A stretch of DNA of 64,000 bases from Octopus sinensis (taxonomy: Eukaryota). The stretch's first letter is position 1. Every line of letters begins with the position of its first letter. The translations under genes and the position numbers were made by a program. Shown in pieces: positions 23,827 to 35,733 of the stretch. The stretch lies in assembly GCF_006345805.1 (NCBI RefSeq), contig NC_043008.1:51956001-52020000 (forward strand). Reading direction: 5' to 3'. The notes beneath the pieces were generated by a model. That model made no database searches and was not told the origin of the DNA. It saw only the letters and a program-made list of their open reading frames with translations.

Positions 23827-24857
23827 TTACTTTGAGAAGTTTTGTCCAACTCCTATCAACTTGGAAAAAGTGTATGCATGGTCCTTGCTAAAAACAACAA
23901 TCAAATTCCCCTCAAACTACGCAATACCATCTTAAAAAACCAAAAAAAAAAATTTCTGGTTAATACAATGTTGGATGTGTTGTCTATAAATAAGATGAGA
24001 TAATCGTGGCTGGAATGTTTTGAGTATAGGTTTACTTAATCAAATTTGACCTGCAGGTTAAGTAACACAACAAGAAGATGATGCCTCCTTTTCGTCAATT
24101 TTACTGGATTTTCAGAACATTGAATGAGGACAAACACAAAAGCAACAGCTGGTCAGTGAGTTCATCATTTTCCCCCAACTGTTATTGATTGCTATGGTTG
24201 TTGTTAGTGAGACATAACGAATTGAGCCATACTAATTAACACAGCAGACACTGTGTAATCACATGTTATAGCTTGCAGCCATACTAATACATCAGGACAT
24301 AGTTCGTTCACGAAAGCCAGTTTTTCACCAAACACTTGTCTTATTTTCTCTCAGTTCAGCCAGGTGTTACAATTCTGACTCACTACAATAAAGTCAGTTT
24401 GAAATGTCTCCGTGCTAAGAAATTCATTTATTTTCAATGATGACTCTCTCTCTCTCTCTCTCTCTCTCAGGATTTCTCCAGCTACAAAATGAAGACTGTG
24501 TAGAATTAGAGGCAATATTGATATGAAATTGATTATTTTTTTTTTAACACCGTAGCCATTTAATGCAGTAGCTTGGCAGAGGGGTTGGAATAGAATACCT
24601 CATGGTATTTGGCTGGATACTTTGTGTTTTTAAGTTCAAATGCCACTGATGTTGACTTTACTTTCATCAATTAAAGGGTTGATGAAAAAAAAAAAAATCA
24701 TTCCAGTACTGTGACTTGATAGAACTGTTAGTCCAGTTGTCAGGGTGCCTTGCAAAAAACAGGCAATGCCTATAATGACACTGGGACCAAGCTCTAAATT
24801 GGTGTCTTGTTTTGGACATCAGTAGCTTGGCATGAGGAGGCTTATATATATATAACA

Positions 24858-25150
24858 AACACCATCCGATCGTGGCCGTGCCAGCCTCGCCTGGCCTCCG
24901 TGCTGGTGGCACGTAAAAAACACCATCCGAGCGTGGCCATTTTGCCAGCCTTGTCTGGCACCTGTGCAGGTGGCACATAAAAAGCGCCCACTACACTCTC
25001 GGACTGGTTGGCGTTAGGAAGGGCATCCAGCTGTAGAATCACTGCCAGATCAGACTGGGCCTGGCGCAGCCTTCTGGCTTCCCAGACCCCAGTTGAACCG
25101 TCCAACCCATGCTAGCATGGAAAACGGACGTTAAACGATGATGATGATGA
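24858..25150 (+). mobile_element. Young RTE-tail element inserted in a (TA)n tract
   Basis: Same family as 18319-18600; ATATATAT on both flanks. Confidence 0.92.
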
Positions 25151-25164
25151 TATATATGTCTGTA

Positions 25165-25505
25165 CTAGTATAGTCTCCTCTCTTAGGTGATTCTATATCT
25201 AGTTTTTCTTGCAGTTCACTTCATCATTTATGCACACTGACATTACATATCCTGTGAAGCATATGCACTTTCTCTCCAGCTTTAGCATATCTGTTGCATT
25301 CAATGCTCATGTATCCTCACACTTCAAACACAAACATTATGCAATCTAACCTTTACTTGAAAAGAGAACTCCCTAATTGCTGGCAGATGTAATAACTCCC
25401 TGAACATCTTCCATTTCATTGTTACTCAGGCTACTATGCTTTCAGAACATCTACCTTCACTGCTAATTAGGTCACCTAGGAGACAATAGCTGTCAACTAT
25501 TCTGT
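25165..25505 (-). pseudogene. Old RTE ORF2 fragment (post-RT region)
   Basis: Minus pieces IVDSYCLLGDLISSEGRCSESIVA, WKMFRELL, ALNATDMLKLER. Confidence 0.75.
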
Positions 25506-25511
25506 GGATCC

Positions 25512-25744
25512 TTAATCCATTAAGTTCCAGAGTACTTAAATTTCTGAATATTACTTTTAAATTTTTACAGATGATTGAAAATAGGTTAAAATAAAAAAAA
25601 ATTATTATTAAAATTCCTTTACTTCAAGTAGAAACGGAAATACTCGATGTCCTATAAATAGGACACTGAGACAATGTGATATAGCTTATTTAATGTTCTC
25701 ATCTAGTGTCCTATTTATAGGACAGTGGGACTTAATGGGGTTAA
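25512..25744. mobile_element. TTAA-ended MITE, family 3, with 20-bp perfect internal inverted repeat
   Basis: Left TTAATCCATTAAGTTCCA vs right TGGGACTTAATGGGGTTAA; arms 25648-25667 and 25705-25724 are exact reverse complements. Confidence 0.7.
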
Positions 25745-26289
25745 GCAACTGAAAGAATTTATTTTATGGGTACCTTTATTTCTAATTACTTTTGTATATC
25801 TACCACATACAAAGTCTTCCTTTACAGTTAACTGACCTGGGATCACATGGCACCAATTATACACCCATAGTTTACCTTTGATACACACTATAGCGTTTCA
25901 TCCCAGTCTATTCCTTTTCTGCATATTAAGCACTGGCACTTTTTAGATGACAGAATCCAGCCTACATTCTTGCTAAGGCTGTGATAAGTTTACTTTTAGA
26001 CCTTTTAGGAATATATTATCAATTAGCCTAGTTCCTTTTTCATAAAGCTGGTTGACATTTAAGTCTTGCAGTGTAACAGTTAATGTGTTAGATAGGGGAA
26101 GACTTTTTATTGTTAAATTGCAACATTTTGACTCAGAAGTTGCTCACTAACTTGCTTCAAGCTCAAAGCCCTGAGCTTGCTCTTTATTTCGCCTTTCCTG
26201 CTACTACCACAATAGTCAATTGCATTACAGAGCTTGTACCCATACATACAAGACTATAATCTCTCACTCTCTATATGGATATATATTTG

Positions 26290-27110
26290 GATAAATGCTT
26301 CAGTGTGTCTCATGCCAAAAATGGTAACCTCTCTGACCTAGTCAAGTGCCATCTTATTACTTTCACTTCTAGCATCTTCAAGATAATACAGACAGCCATT
26401 ATTGACTATGTCATTCTCCAACACTTTGGAACTCTCTCTCCCTCTGTCTCCTCAATGACCACTATTATGGCTTCTACAGAATCAGATCCACTAAGGGCTT
26501 ACTCTCTGACTCAGCTGTGTGTGGGTTCTCACTTTCAAAAAGTTTAGTGGAATCAATTTTGTTGCTCTAGTCATCAGCAAAACCGTTTTTGATATGTCTA
26601 CCATACAAGTCTGCAATGTAAACTTCCTGCCTACAAATTCCAGCCATCTCTCATCTCTTGGATCAGTAGCTTTCTATCAGCTCCTATCATTGCAGCATGT
26701 GTTGGTGTAGCTTTTTCTGTGCCACTCTCAATCAACTCTGTCATTCCCTAAGTTTGGGGTTTGTCTCTCATTCTCTTCCGTCTCTACATCAATAACTTAC
26801 TTGCTGCCACATCTTTCAATGCAGACAACTCTTCATTCCCTCCTGACTTTCCTTGATTATGCATCATCTACATGCTAGCTGCACAATCCTGCTATTCCTT
26901 GAAGCTAGTTAGTCTCATACCTCCACCATGCAAGCATCCCAACACCTTCATCTCTCCAATTCTACCCTCTTCCCTCTGTAGACCCACAGTAATCACTTTT
27001 CTCAGCCTTTTCTCTCAAGAACATTTGGTCCTTTGTAATTTCCTCCTTGCTCATGTCTTTCCTGCAATTCCTGATCTGCAACAGTTTAAATAGAACATTA
27101 TGGCTCTCTG
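26290..27110 (+). pseudogene. Highly decayed CR1/Jockey-group LINE reverse transcriptase
   Basis: Pieces NGNLSDLVKCHLITFTSSIFKIIQTAI, NDHYYGFYRIRST, FVALVISKTVFD, VLSLILFRLYINNLLAATSFNADNSS follow the RT motif order (YRPI-LTS-SK, QYGFR-RST, LDISKAFD, LF-LYINDL, YADD). Confidence 0.75.
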
Positions 27111-28520
27111 TCCTGAGATGACCCTGCCCCTTTCTTCAGACTTCAATAAAAAAGGAAATAAAATGAATTAATGTGTGCTGTACTTGGTAACTGTGGGCCA
27201 AGTTAACTGTAATGTTGTCAGAATGAGTTCATTGTAAAGTGATAAAAGGAAGTCAAGTATGTGTCTTTTAAAATGTGTAGTTTATAGAATATATTGCTTT
27301 AGCAGTTCATCATGACAGCTATAACTCTTAGAAATTGTGTTATCTTTAATATAGATTTAGCATCACGAGTGGTAGTTAGCTGGCAATTTGAAACATTGGA
27401 TGGTATTCTGGAGCAGTAAGGTTGTTTTGTATGAATAGAAATAAGTGCTAAGGGTAACTTGTTTTCTCATTGGTTGAAATGATACCTTTGCTTAGCTTCT
27501 GATTGGTTGAATAATATTTGCTATTGTACTATTTCACATCATCCTATGCACAAAAGGATTTTTTTGTAATTATAAATTTAAAGGGCATAGCTATAATGTC
27601 ATTTCTCTTGACTGATATTCCGACTCAACAGTAATTGTTTTAAATCAAATGTTATCTCTGTTAGCTAATCTACGGAATGGAAAATAAAAATAAACAAAAG
27701 AAAATAAACTCTTAGGCTTTAGTGTAACTACATTTCAGGGACTCCTTCCCATTACCAAAAAAAAAAATGAAACAAAAAATATAGATTTTAAATAAAAATT
27801 CTTCCAATTAGTTGAATTATCAATATAAATTTATGTTTGGAAAAGAAGTTGAAAAAAATACAAAATAGATTGTTTCTTAATACCACATTTCTGTACTTAG
27901 AGTATGTGTGTTAGTGTATGAGTGCGTGTTGGGCACATTACATAACTAGTCTGTAAGTGGTATCAGTAAATTGGATGATGTCTAAGAGAGCTGCACTACT
28001 ATTGAATGAGCTAGATTTAGTGCTAAAAACAAAAAATCAATAAGCTAGTCACTTCTGTTAAAGAAATTCTGTTTTAAATGCTGTTCTATCAAAGTTTTCT
28101 TAGTAAAGAATGTGATGTGATAGCTTTTCAGGGGAAGGTAGTGGGAGGGAAATTTTGCTCTGTGACTCTTTTTAAATCTGTTAATTTTAATTAAAGCCTT
28201 TCATTATTAGAAAATAGAATTTATTTAAATATTTTGTAAGCTCTAACGATTGCATTAAAACATCTTGATTAGGCTGTAATAAAACAATTGTGTCATCATC
28301 TATTTGACGTTATTCAGCAAATATTTTAATGCAGTGATTGAAAACTGTTCTGTTCATTATTGTTCATACTGATGGCAGAATTGGTAGAGTGATCGATTAA
28401 ATTACCTGCTAGTATTTTCATTCCTCCATTCTGAGTTCACATCTCATCAAGGGCAACTTTGCCTTTCATGGGGGATGGGGGCTGATGAAAACAAAACCAG
28501 TTTTTTTTTTTAGATTTGTT

Positions 28521-28685
28521 TTTTGGAACAGTGCAACTTTCAGCAAATAATAACAATGTGCAAATATTTGGTTAAAAAAATCTTTGGATAGAAAAAGTCA
28601 AAGGGTGCCTTCAACTTTTTTTTATCCAATATTTGCACACTATTATTTATAGATGTATTTGTTTTGAATTACACCATTCCAAAAA
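28521..28685. repeat. Degenerate foldback (long imperfect inverted repeat)
   Basis: TTTTGGAA...GTGCAAATATTTGGTTAAAAAAA pairs with TTTTTTTATCCAATATTTGCAC...TTCCAAAA. Confidence 0.65.
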
Positions 28686-29011
28686 TGAATTATTTCAAGT
28701 TGACTCTTGAAGTTCCTAAATTCTGATGACATCAACTTTATATTTTATTTTAACCTTTATGTTCATGTTGTTCAGGTTGGATTGAGTTTTTTTTTTCTTC
28801 TTTTCCCACCAAAAATTGTACAGTGGACAGTATTTTTACTGCTGGATGGCTTTCTTACTCCTGAGTTCTTTACAAGGAAGAGCGAAATATGTGATCAGCC
28901 ATGTTGGCTGAGGCACCCAGAGCAATGTATCTCGTTCAGAGACTTTGCATCATGGATATAGTAAGAGTTAAATCGATGATTACCCTTACAGCTATTGTCA
29001 TTGGTCTTCTC

Positions 29012-29199
29012 TCATCATCATTGTTTAATGTCCTCTTCTTCATGCTTGCATAGGTCAATTGGAATTTGTTGAGGCAGTTTCTACAACCAGATGCCTTTCC
29101 TGTTACCAACCCTCACCAGTTTCCTAGCATGATGATGTTCTTTACAATCATCATATGATATCAAGACAAGGGCATAGACCACCCCCAACCATATATGTG

Positions 29200-29237
<38 letters not shown>

Positions 29238-29413
29238 CATCATCACACACACACACTTACATATGGCAGGCTTCCTTCAGTTTCTATCTACCAAATCCAC
29301 TCTCAAAGCTTTGGTTGGTTCAGAGCTATAGTAGAGGACACTTGTCCAGAGTTCTACACATTGGAACTGAATCTGAGAGCACATGGTTTGGAAGCAAGCT
29401 TCTCAACCACACA
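29012..29413 (-). mobile_element. Old CORE-like SINE with RTE-type tail
   Basis: (CAT)n start, CAGTTTCTATCTACCAAATCCACTC, GCAAGCTTCTCAACCACACAG. Confidence 0.8.
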
Positions 29414-31048
29414 GTCCCTCTTGCTCTGATCTATAAATGGTGTGTGTGTATCACAAGCTCTATATGAAGTCTCACTTATTTCTTGCTTATATACCTCAGT
29501 ATGTTTTATTCTTTTAGTTGTTTGTCTGTGGCCATACTTGAAATGTTTAGTTGATTGAACCAACCCATAAGGACTTACCTTTAAGTCTAGTATTATACTA
29601 GTCTCCCCCACTTTTTTTTTTCTTTTTAACAGAATCATTGTGATGGTTGTTAGGCAATGGTGAGAGACAACTACTGAGATTATCCGCAACACACACACAT
29701 TACAGTCATTCATTTCCAATCTTCTATGGAAACGTACAATCGTCATACGATACGGCTTCATGCTTGAAAGACTAGGGGAAATATTATGCTGGTCGAAAAA
29801 GGTAAGGGTTGGTGATAGGAAGCGTGTCCCTCAATTTTTATCATGATGCATCTTTGGTTCTATGCTGCCAAACTGCAAATGCTGCTTTTCTATTCAAGCA
29901 ACAACCAGCATGTGGCCATCACAGTCTCTCCTCCATTGCCTCCTCTCCTGCTATTCTGTCACACTTTCATTCTCTTTTCTCTTTCGCTCTTGGTCATTAC
30001 TCCTCTTTTATTCATGCTCTCACTTATGAAAACATTGTAGAATAGAAAAGACTCTTTAGCCTTGCAGGGAAAAAAGTAATCTCTGGTTGCTATTTGAATA
30101 GATGATTATAGGGTAGAGAGCACTGTTTAGCAATGCCAAGCACCTGACAACCTTTCTAATGCTAATGCCATAAAAACTCAAGCAGTTCACTCTCTAAAAA
30201 AAGTGGGTGTTAGGAAGAACATCCAGCCATAGTAGCTGAAAATGGAATGCACAAGCAAGCTGTGGTCTTCTGAATATGAACTAACTTGGATAGCAGACCC
30301 ACCCAACCAATGCCAGCTTGGAAAATATAGATGCTGCTGATGTTATTTTTCCTGGACTCTATTTCTTTTCATAAAGAACTATATTACAATGACAGGTGTG
30401 TTTTGAGTTGGTAGTTGTTAACTGTCCAGTCATTATTGATTACTATTGAACATATTCATTATGCAAATGTCAAATTGATTGTTGACTTATTGGGCATGAG
30501 TTCCTTTCCCACACATTTTACTAAATCCCTGGTCAGTACACTTAATTGCTTTACCTAGCAGTGGCATATATATGCCTGCAAGCCTGGAGAAGTAAACCTG
30601 TGATAAATATTTTGATTTGCCTCATCTGCTTAACACATTTTAAACCATGGTTACTGTCTGACATTCTGGAAACATGTGGAGTTTATTAAAGAATTAACAA
30701 GTGCATAACATATGTAACACAATGTTTATTAAAGATTAAATTATACATGATAAACCAGTAGGTAAGGTGTATGGCAACATGATTATGGTATCCAACAATC
30801 TGCTCAGAGATTGGTAGTTCATATTCTGTTACCTGTCCTGCTTTCTGTCCTTGAACAAGACACTCAACTCTTACATAGCTCTGTTTATCTGATTGTAAAT
30901 AACTGCTTTCACCTTTATAGGAGCAGTTAATCATTGAAAGTAATGATAACACTATAAAGCTTTGTTATCTTGTAGTTTTAAGTTCACCTTCTGTAAATGT
31001 ATCTTGAAAAGGAAGTGATTTGTGTCAAACTAACTTTCCCTAGAGATG

Positions 31049-31094
31049 CTGTGGGTCTCACTCCAAACCATTAGGTTTGGAGCGAGACCCACAG
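31049..31094. other. Near-perfect hairpin, 21-bp stem and 4-nt loop
   Basis: CTGTGGGTCTCACTCCAAACC-ATTA-GGTTTGGAGCGAGACCCACAG; one mismatch. Confidence 0.95.
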
Positions 31095-31404
31095 ACTTTC
31101 TACAAGCAGAATCTCTTCTTTCTACAACTGGTGTTTCTTCAAGGAAGAGAAATTATTATTTAGAAGGAAATCCATTTGTAAAACTGTCAACAAAAATCCA
31201 AATTTGCAGAACTATCTAATCTAGACCAACTTAGAAAGTCAGTTGTACTGAGATGAGATACATTTTCACTTTTGACTCCGAAGAAACCCAACATTTATAA
31301 CTAACTGCTACCTGAAGAATGATTTCTAAGGAGAAAAGATTTATAATTGTCATTTCTTTTTTTTTTCAAGAATACCTTATCAAAGAACTCCCCTCTTTCT
31401 CTTC

Positions 31405-31772
31405 TTGGCTGTGTGGTTAAGAAGCTTGCTTTACAGCCATAGAGTTTTAGGTTCAGTCCCACTGCATGGCACCTTGGACTGACCAGTGTTTTGCAAGTGA
31501 ATTTGTAGACAGAAACTCCGTGGAAGCCCACCATGTGTGTCTGTGTCTTTGTCCCACCAATTGACAACTGGTGTTAGTTTGTTTATGTCCTTGCAACTTA
31601 ATGATTTAACAGTTCAGCAGAGGAGAGCAATTAAATAAGTACCAGACTCTTAAAAAAAAAAAAAAACGCATGCGAGTACTGGGGTTTGATTTGTTCAACC
31701 AAAACCACTCAAGGGTGGTGCTTCCCCCACCCCAACATGGTTACAGTCCAAATGATTGAAACATGATAAAAG
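31405..31772 (+). mobile_element. Old CORE-like SINE
   Basis: TGGCTGTGTGGTTAAGAAGCTTGCTT...GGTTCAGTCCCACTGCATGGCACCTTGG...TGATTGAAACATGATAAAAGA. Confidence 0.8.
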
Positions 31773-32199
31773 ATATTCACATGCATTCTTATATACTCAC
31801 AAATTCATTTCCTTCTTTATTCTCATCTCTTAGACATTTCAGAACCTATCTTGCACTGTTACCAATTAAATACCAAAACAGACAGCATTTATCTCCTACA
31901 AATGCAGACATATTGATTGTTAATAAACAAACTGAAGACTTTTTACAGTTTTTTTTTTAAAGTCTTTTAAGCTTTTTTGCTTCATTTTTTAAATTTTTAT
32001 TATGCTACAAAGGAACTTCAATATTTTGTCTTTTCGTATCTTTATTTTTCACCTGTTTTTGGATGTGGAGTGCGAAGTAGGTGTGGGGTAAAAATTATTT
32101 TGATTTCTTTTTATTTTGGCTATTTAAATTTTTTTTATATATCAGTATTATTTTTGAAGAATTCCAAAATGTGAATCAATTCTCTCTGTGACCCCCTCT

Positions 32200-32420
32200 G
32201 CACACACACAAATGTATATTCAAACATGCACTTGTATACACACATATACATGTGTGTATTCACATACACAGTACATGTGCACATACTCATGTATACACAA
32301 ACACATGCACCTCCATGTATGCATACATATACACACTCACACACACAAATATATATGTACACACACACACATACTCATGTACAGACAGACACATGCATAC
32401 ACATACACTTACACATACAA
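32200..32420. repeat. Degenerate (CA/TA)n microsatellite field
   Basis: Alternating purine-pyrimidine CACA/TACA/CATA. Confidence 0.9.
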
Positions 32421-33493
32421 TTTTGTCTAAAAAAAGAAAAAGAAAATCTTATAACAAGTTTCATGTCACCTTAATTGAAAGACGTTTCCTCTGACATAGG
32501 AAGAAAGTTAACATTCTTCTAAACAATTATGAAAACAATGTATTTTCTCATCAATTTGGTTTTCCTCGCAAATAAGATGTTTTATTAACCTTAGAAAGCT
32601 AATTTTCTTGTGTAATTAGGTAATTCTTGACGACTACTGGTTTCTTTCTTTGTTTTTAGTTTTTTTCTTCTGTATAAAGTTCTACAAAAAGAATAGTATT
32701 AATGTATTAATTCTTCTTTCTTCCATTATATATCCATTTTAGCATGCTTGCATGCACATACACACATACACACGTATGTGTGTGTTAATTTGGGTTTTTT
32801 TTTTTTTTGTCTTTTATATTCTCTTCCAACCTGTTCATTGTGTACTTGCATAACACATATGAAATGCCATTCTCATAGAAGTTAATTAAAACCTTTGCTT
32901 AGAAGAACATGGCAATTTAGTTTCCCTATCAGTATTTGGCAACACATGCACACGTTTTTTTTTTGTTTTTTTTTTTATAACAACACTGACGATAACAAAA
33001 ATTCTTAGCACCCACATTAAAATTCCTCCCTGGTTCACAGACAGAACAATAAACAAACCTGAAATTTTCATTGAAAATATTCTGTTATTCCTCTGTGGCC
33101 CAAGGTTTAAAGCAAATTTCAGGGAATGAACACAATCTTACTGGTTAAGTTTTTTTAATTTTTAAAAATTTTTTATTGATCTCCGAGTTTATACGAAATG
33201 ACAAATGGTTTCTGAGGACTTCTACAATTCCTGAAGCCAATTTGCATGAAGAAAAATTGAAAAAGTAACAGAAAACCCCCCGATGACCATATTTAGAAAG
33301 TAATCTTCCTTTTTTTGATTCTTGAAAGTACAGTTTTCTTTATTTCTGTATAATGGTGAATAGGAAGGGAGACGAGCCCTGGTTTTCTCCTCTGTAGGTC
33401 ATTCCAGAACACTGAGATTGATGTGGTTAATGTTCAAAGGTCAGGAGAATGGAGCATTCCAGAATGTTGCAGCTGAAGGAAATAGTTCTCTCT

Positions 33494-33720
33494 TAACCTG
33501 TTAGCATTCAGTTTACTCTGTCAAATGGTTGCTCATTTACTCACTTTGTTTTGAATTAACCATGCATTATCTCATCGCTTCAAGATTTTGATCATGTGAT
33601 TTTTTTATTTTTAGAATGACATTGTAGGGTAGGTGAGATAGGCTGGACCTGGATATTTTGAGCATAAAATGGGTAGAATATTTGGGTTGAATATGGTAGG
33701 TTTTAACACTGAAGTGTTAA
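33494..33720. mobile_element. TTAA MITE family 1, opposite orientation
   Basis: TTAACCTGTTAGCATTCAG ... AACACTGAAGTGTTAA; reverse complement of 22846-23067 body. Confidence 0.75.
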
Positions 33721-33837
33721 AGTATAATCATATAGGGCAGTTGCCTAGTGATGGAAGGCATGGTTGTAGGGGCTTAATGCTAATCTCTGTATAGTTGCGT
33801 ATGTAGGGGCTCTGGTGTATATATGTACACATGTATA

Positions 33838-34392
33838 GATGCAAGTGTGGCTTTGTGGTTAAGAACCTTGCTTCCCAAATGTGTGGTCTTAGATTCAGTC
33901 CAACTGTGTGGCATCTTGGGCAAATGTCTTCTGCTACAAGCCTAGGTTGCCCAAAGCTTTCTGAGTGGATTTAGTTGTATTGTTTACAATTGTTTTGCCA
34001 CTTCACTTTTTAGTCAATCTTGCATCATGTTCATTAACATGTTAGCAGTTATTGATTTAGTCTTATGCATTCTCTAACCTTTCTCAGTGCATATGGGAAT
34101 TGATTTACAACTAGATGCCCACCATTTGCATGTATATGTGCATAAGTATGTACCCTTATCTAGATATCGTGTGGTGGTTGTAAATGGGCTTCATCAACAT
34201 ACAGTCTTCAGTAAAAATAAAAAAAAAATGAAGGATCATACAAACAAAAACATGCCAAGTTATAAGGAAATATCTTGCTTAGAAACAAGTGAAGATAGGC
34301 AACAGGAAGGGTGTCTGGCTGCAGAAAATCTGCCTCAACAAATTCTATCTGGCCCTCACAAGCATGAAAAAGTGGATGTTAAATGATGATGA
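33838..34392 (+). mobile_element. Old CORE-like SINE interrupted by a 130-bp insert
   Basis: SINE head and core to 33975, resumes about 34108, RTE-type tail GATGTTAAATGATGATGA. Confidence 0.8.
33976..34105 (+). repeat. 130-bp direct copy of 37062-37191
   Basis: Ungapped match by eye with 3 mismatches. Confidence 0.95.
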
Positions 34393-35195
34393 AGTATGTA
34401 TGATGTATATAATGATATATGCTATATCGTATACATATGAATTTTCAAGAGCAAAAGTTTGGTTTACCTTTGGGTATATTGGCTATGTATTCAGCATGAC
34501 ATCTATTCATTTATTTAAAATCTTCTCCACTCGTCAGAGAAATGTCTTACTTCATAGTTTACTCTGAAAATGACAATTATAACACCCATACATATACAGC
34601 CCAGGGACCTGTGACGATGTTGAGATGGATGGCTCTGCTTAATGTAGGATCTGGTGGGAGTACAATATCATTGGGGATGAGGAGATGAGACGTAAGGGAT
34701 GCATCATGTTTGTAGTGTGTGTGTATAGCAGAGGTGGCAGCAGTGGCCATGGCAGCAGCAGCATACAGCATTGTCTTAGATTTGTGGGTGGTTCTCCAAT
34801 ATATGTTCAGTAGATCAATAATCGACCAAAATGAGAAAACAGTTCAAGCATGATCAATTATTGACCCTGTAAAAGAAAAAAAAACCTGTTGTCTTTTTGG
34901 ATACAGATTTGACAATGTTTATGGGGCTACTTAGCCATAGCTGAAACCTGAACGGGAATAGCTGTGATCAAAGGCATTCTAACCATGACCATCTCAACTT
35001 TTTTAGGGCATCTAGGACTACATTATCTAATGTATCATTTCTTTATTCAAGATCATAGCGTGTAATTTGAGAGATTTGGCTTAGGCTCTAATAATAATCG
35101 TTGAGGATTCTTTGTTAGTTTGCTTTGGTAGTGTTTATTGTATATAAAAACTCTTTGAAAGGTTTGATTTTGATACATTCAGTTAAATATTAATG

Positions 35196-35582
35196 CAGGC
35201 ATGGTTGTGTGGCTGCAGTATTTGTTTCCCAACTATGTAGATTTGGGTTCAGTCCCACTGTTTGGCATATCTTGCAAGTATCTCTTACTATAGCCCATGG
35301 CTGATCAATGCCTTGTGACTTAATGAAGATGAGGAAAACTGAAGGAAGCCTGTCCTTGTCTTGACATTGTGTGATAGTTTTAAATGAGTGTCACTATCAT
35401 ATAAGTGGTGGTGTTCTGTTTCAATCTTCTATGGAAAATATGTATGGCCATGAGGAAATATCTCCTTGCTTGGAAACAAGAGAAAGATAGTGACAGGACG
35501 GGATCCAGCTGTAGAAAGCCTGCTCCAATGAATTCTATTTGATCCATGCAAGCATGGAAAATAGATATCAAAATGCTGATGG
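35196..35582 (+). mobile_element. Old CORE-like SINE with RTE-type tail
   Basis: GCAGGCATGGTTGTGTGG...GGGTTCAGTCCCACTG...GCAAGCATGGAAAATAGATATCAAAATG. Confidence 0.78.
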
Positions 35583-35597
35583 TTAGGAAATTGATTG

Positions 35598-35733
35598 AGT
35601 CAGATCTGGCAGCTGTAGAAACACTGCCAGATCTGACTGGCCTGGTGCAGCCTTCGGACTTCCCAGACCCCAGTTGAACCGTCCTACCCATGCTAGCATG
35701 GAAAGCGGACGTTAAACGATGATGATGATGATG
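35598..35733 (+). mobile_element. Young RTE-tail element with 15-bp inverted duplication at its 5' junction
   Basis: AGTCAGATCTGGCAG (35598-35612) and CTGCCAGATCTGACT (35624-35638); (GAT)n tail. Confidence 0.9.

Noticed and set aside
23574-23891. Recurrent ORFs ...RLPNP...EPGTMWLVSKLLTTQP (also about 39216, 48766, 53204)
   Set aside because: They are antisense translations of the CORE-like SINE
24445-24526. (CT)n followed by CAG|G as a splice acceptor
   Set aside because: The pyrimidine tract is a microsatellite, frames close quickly and no convincing donor follows
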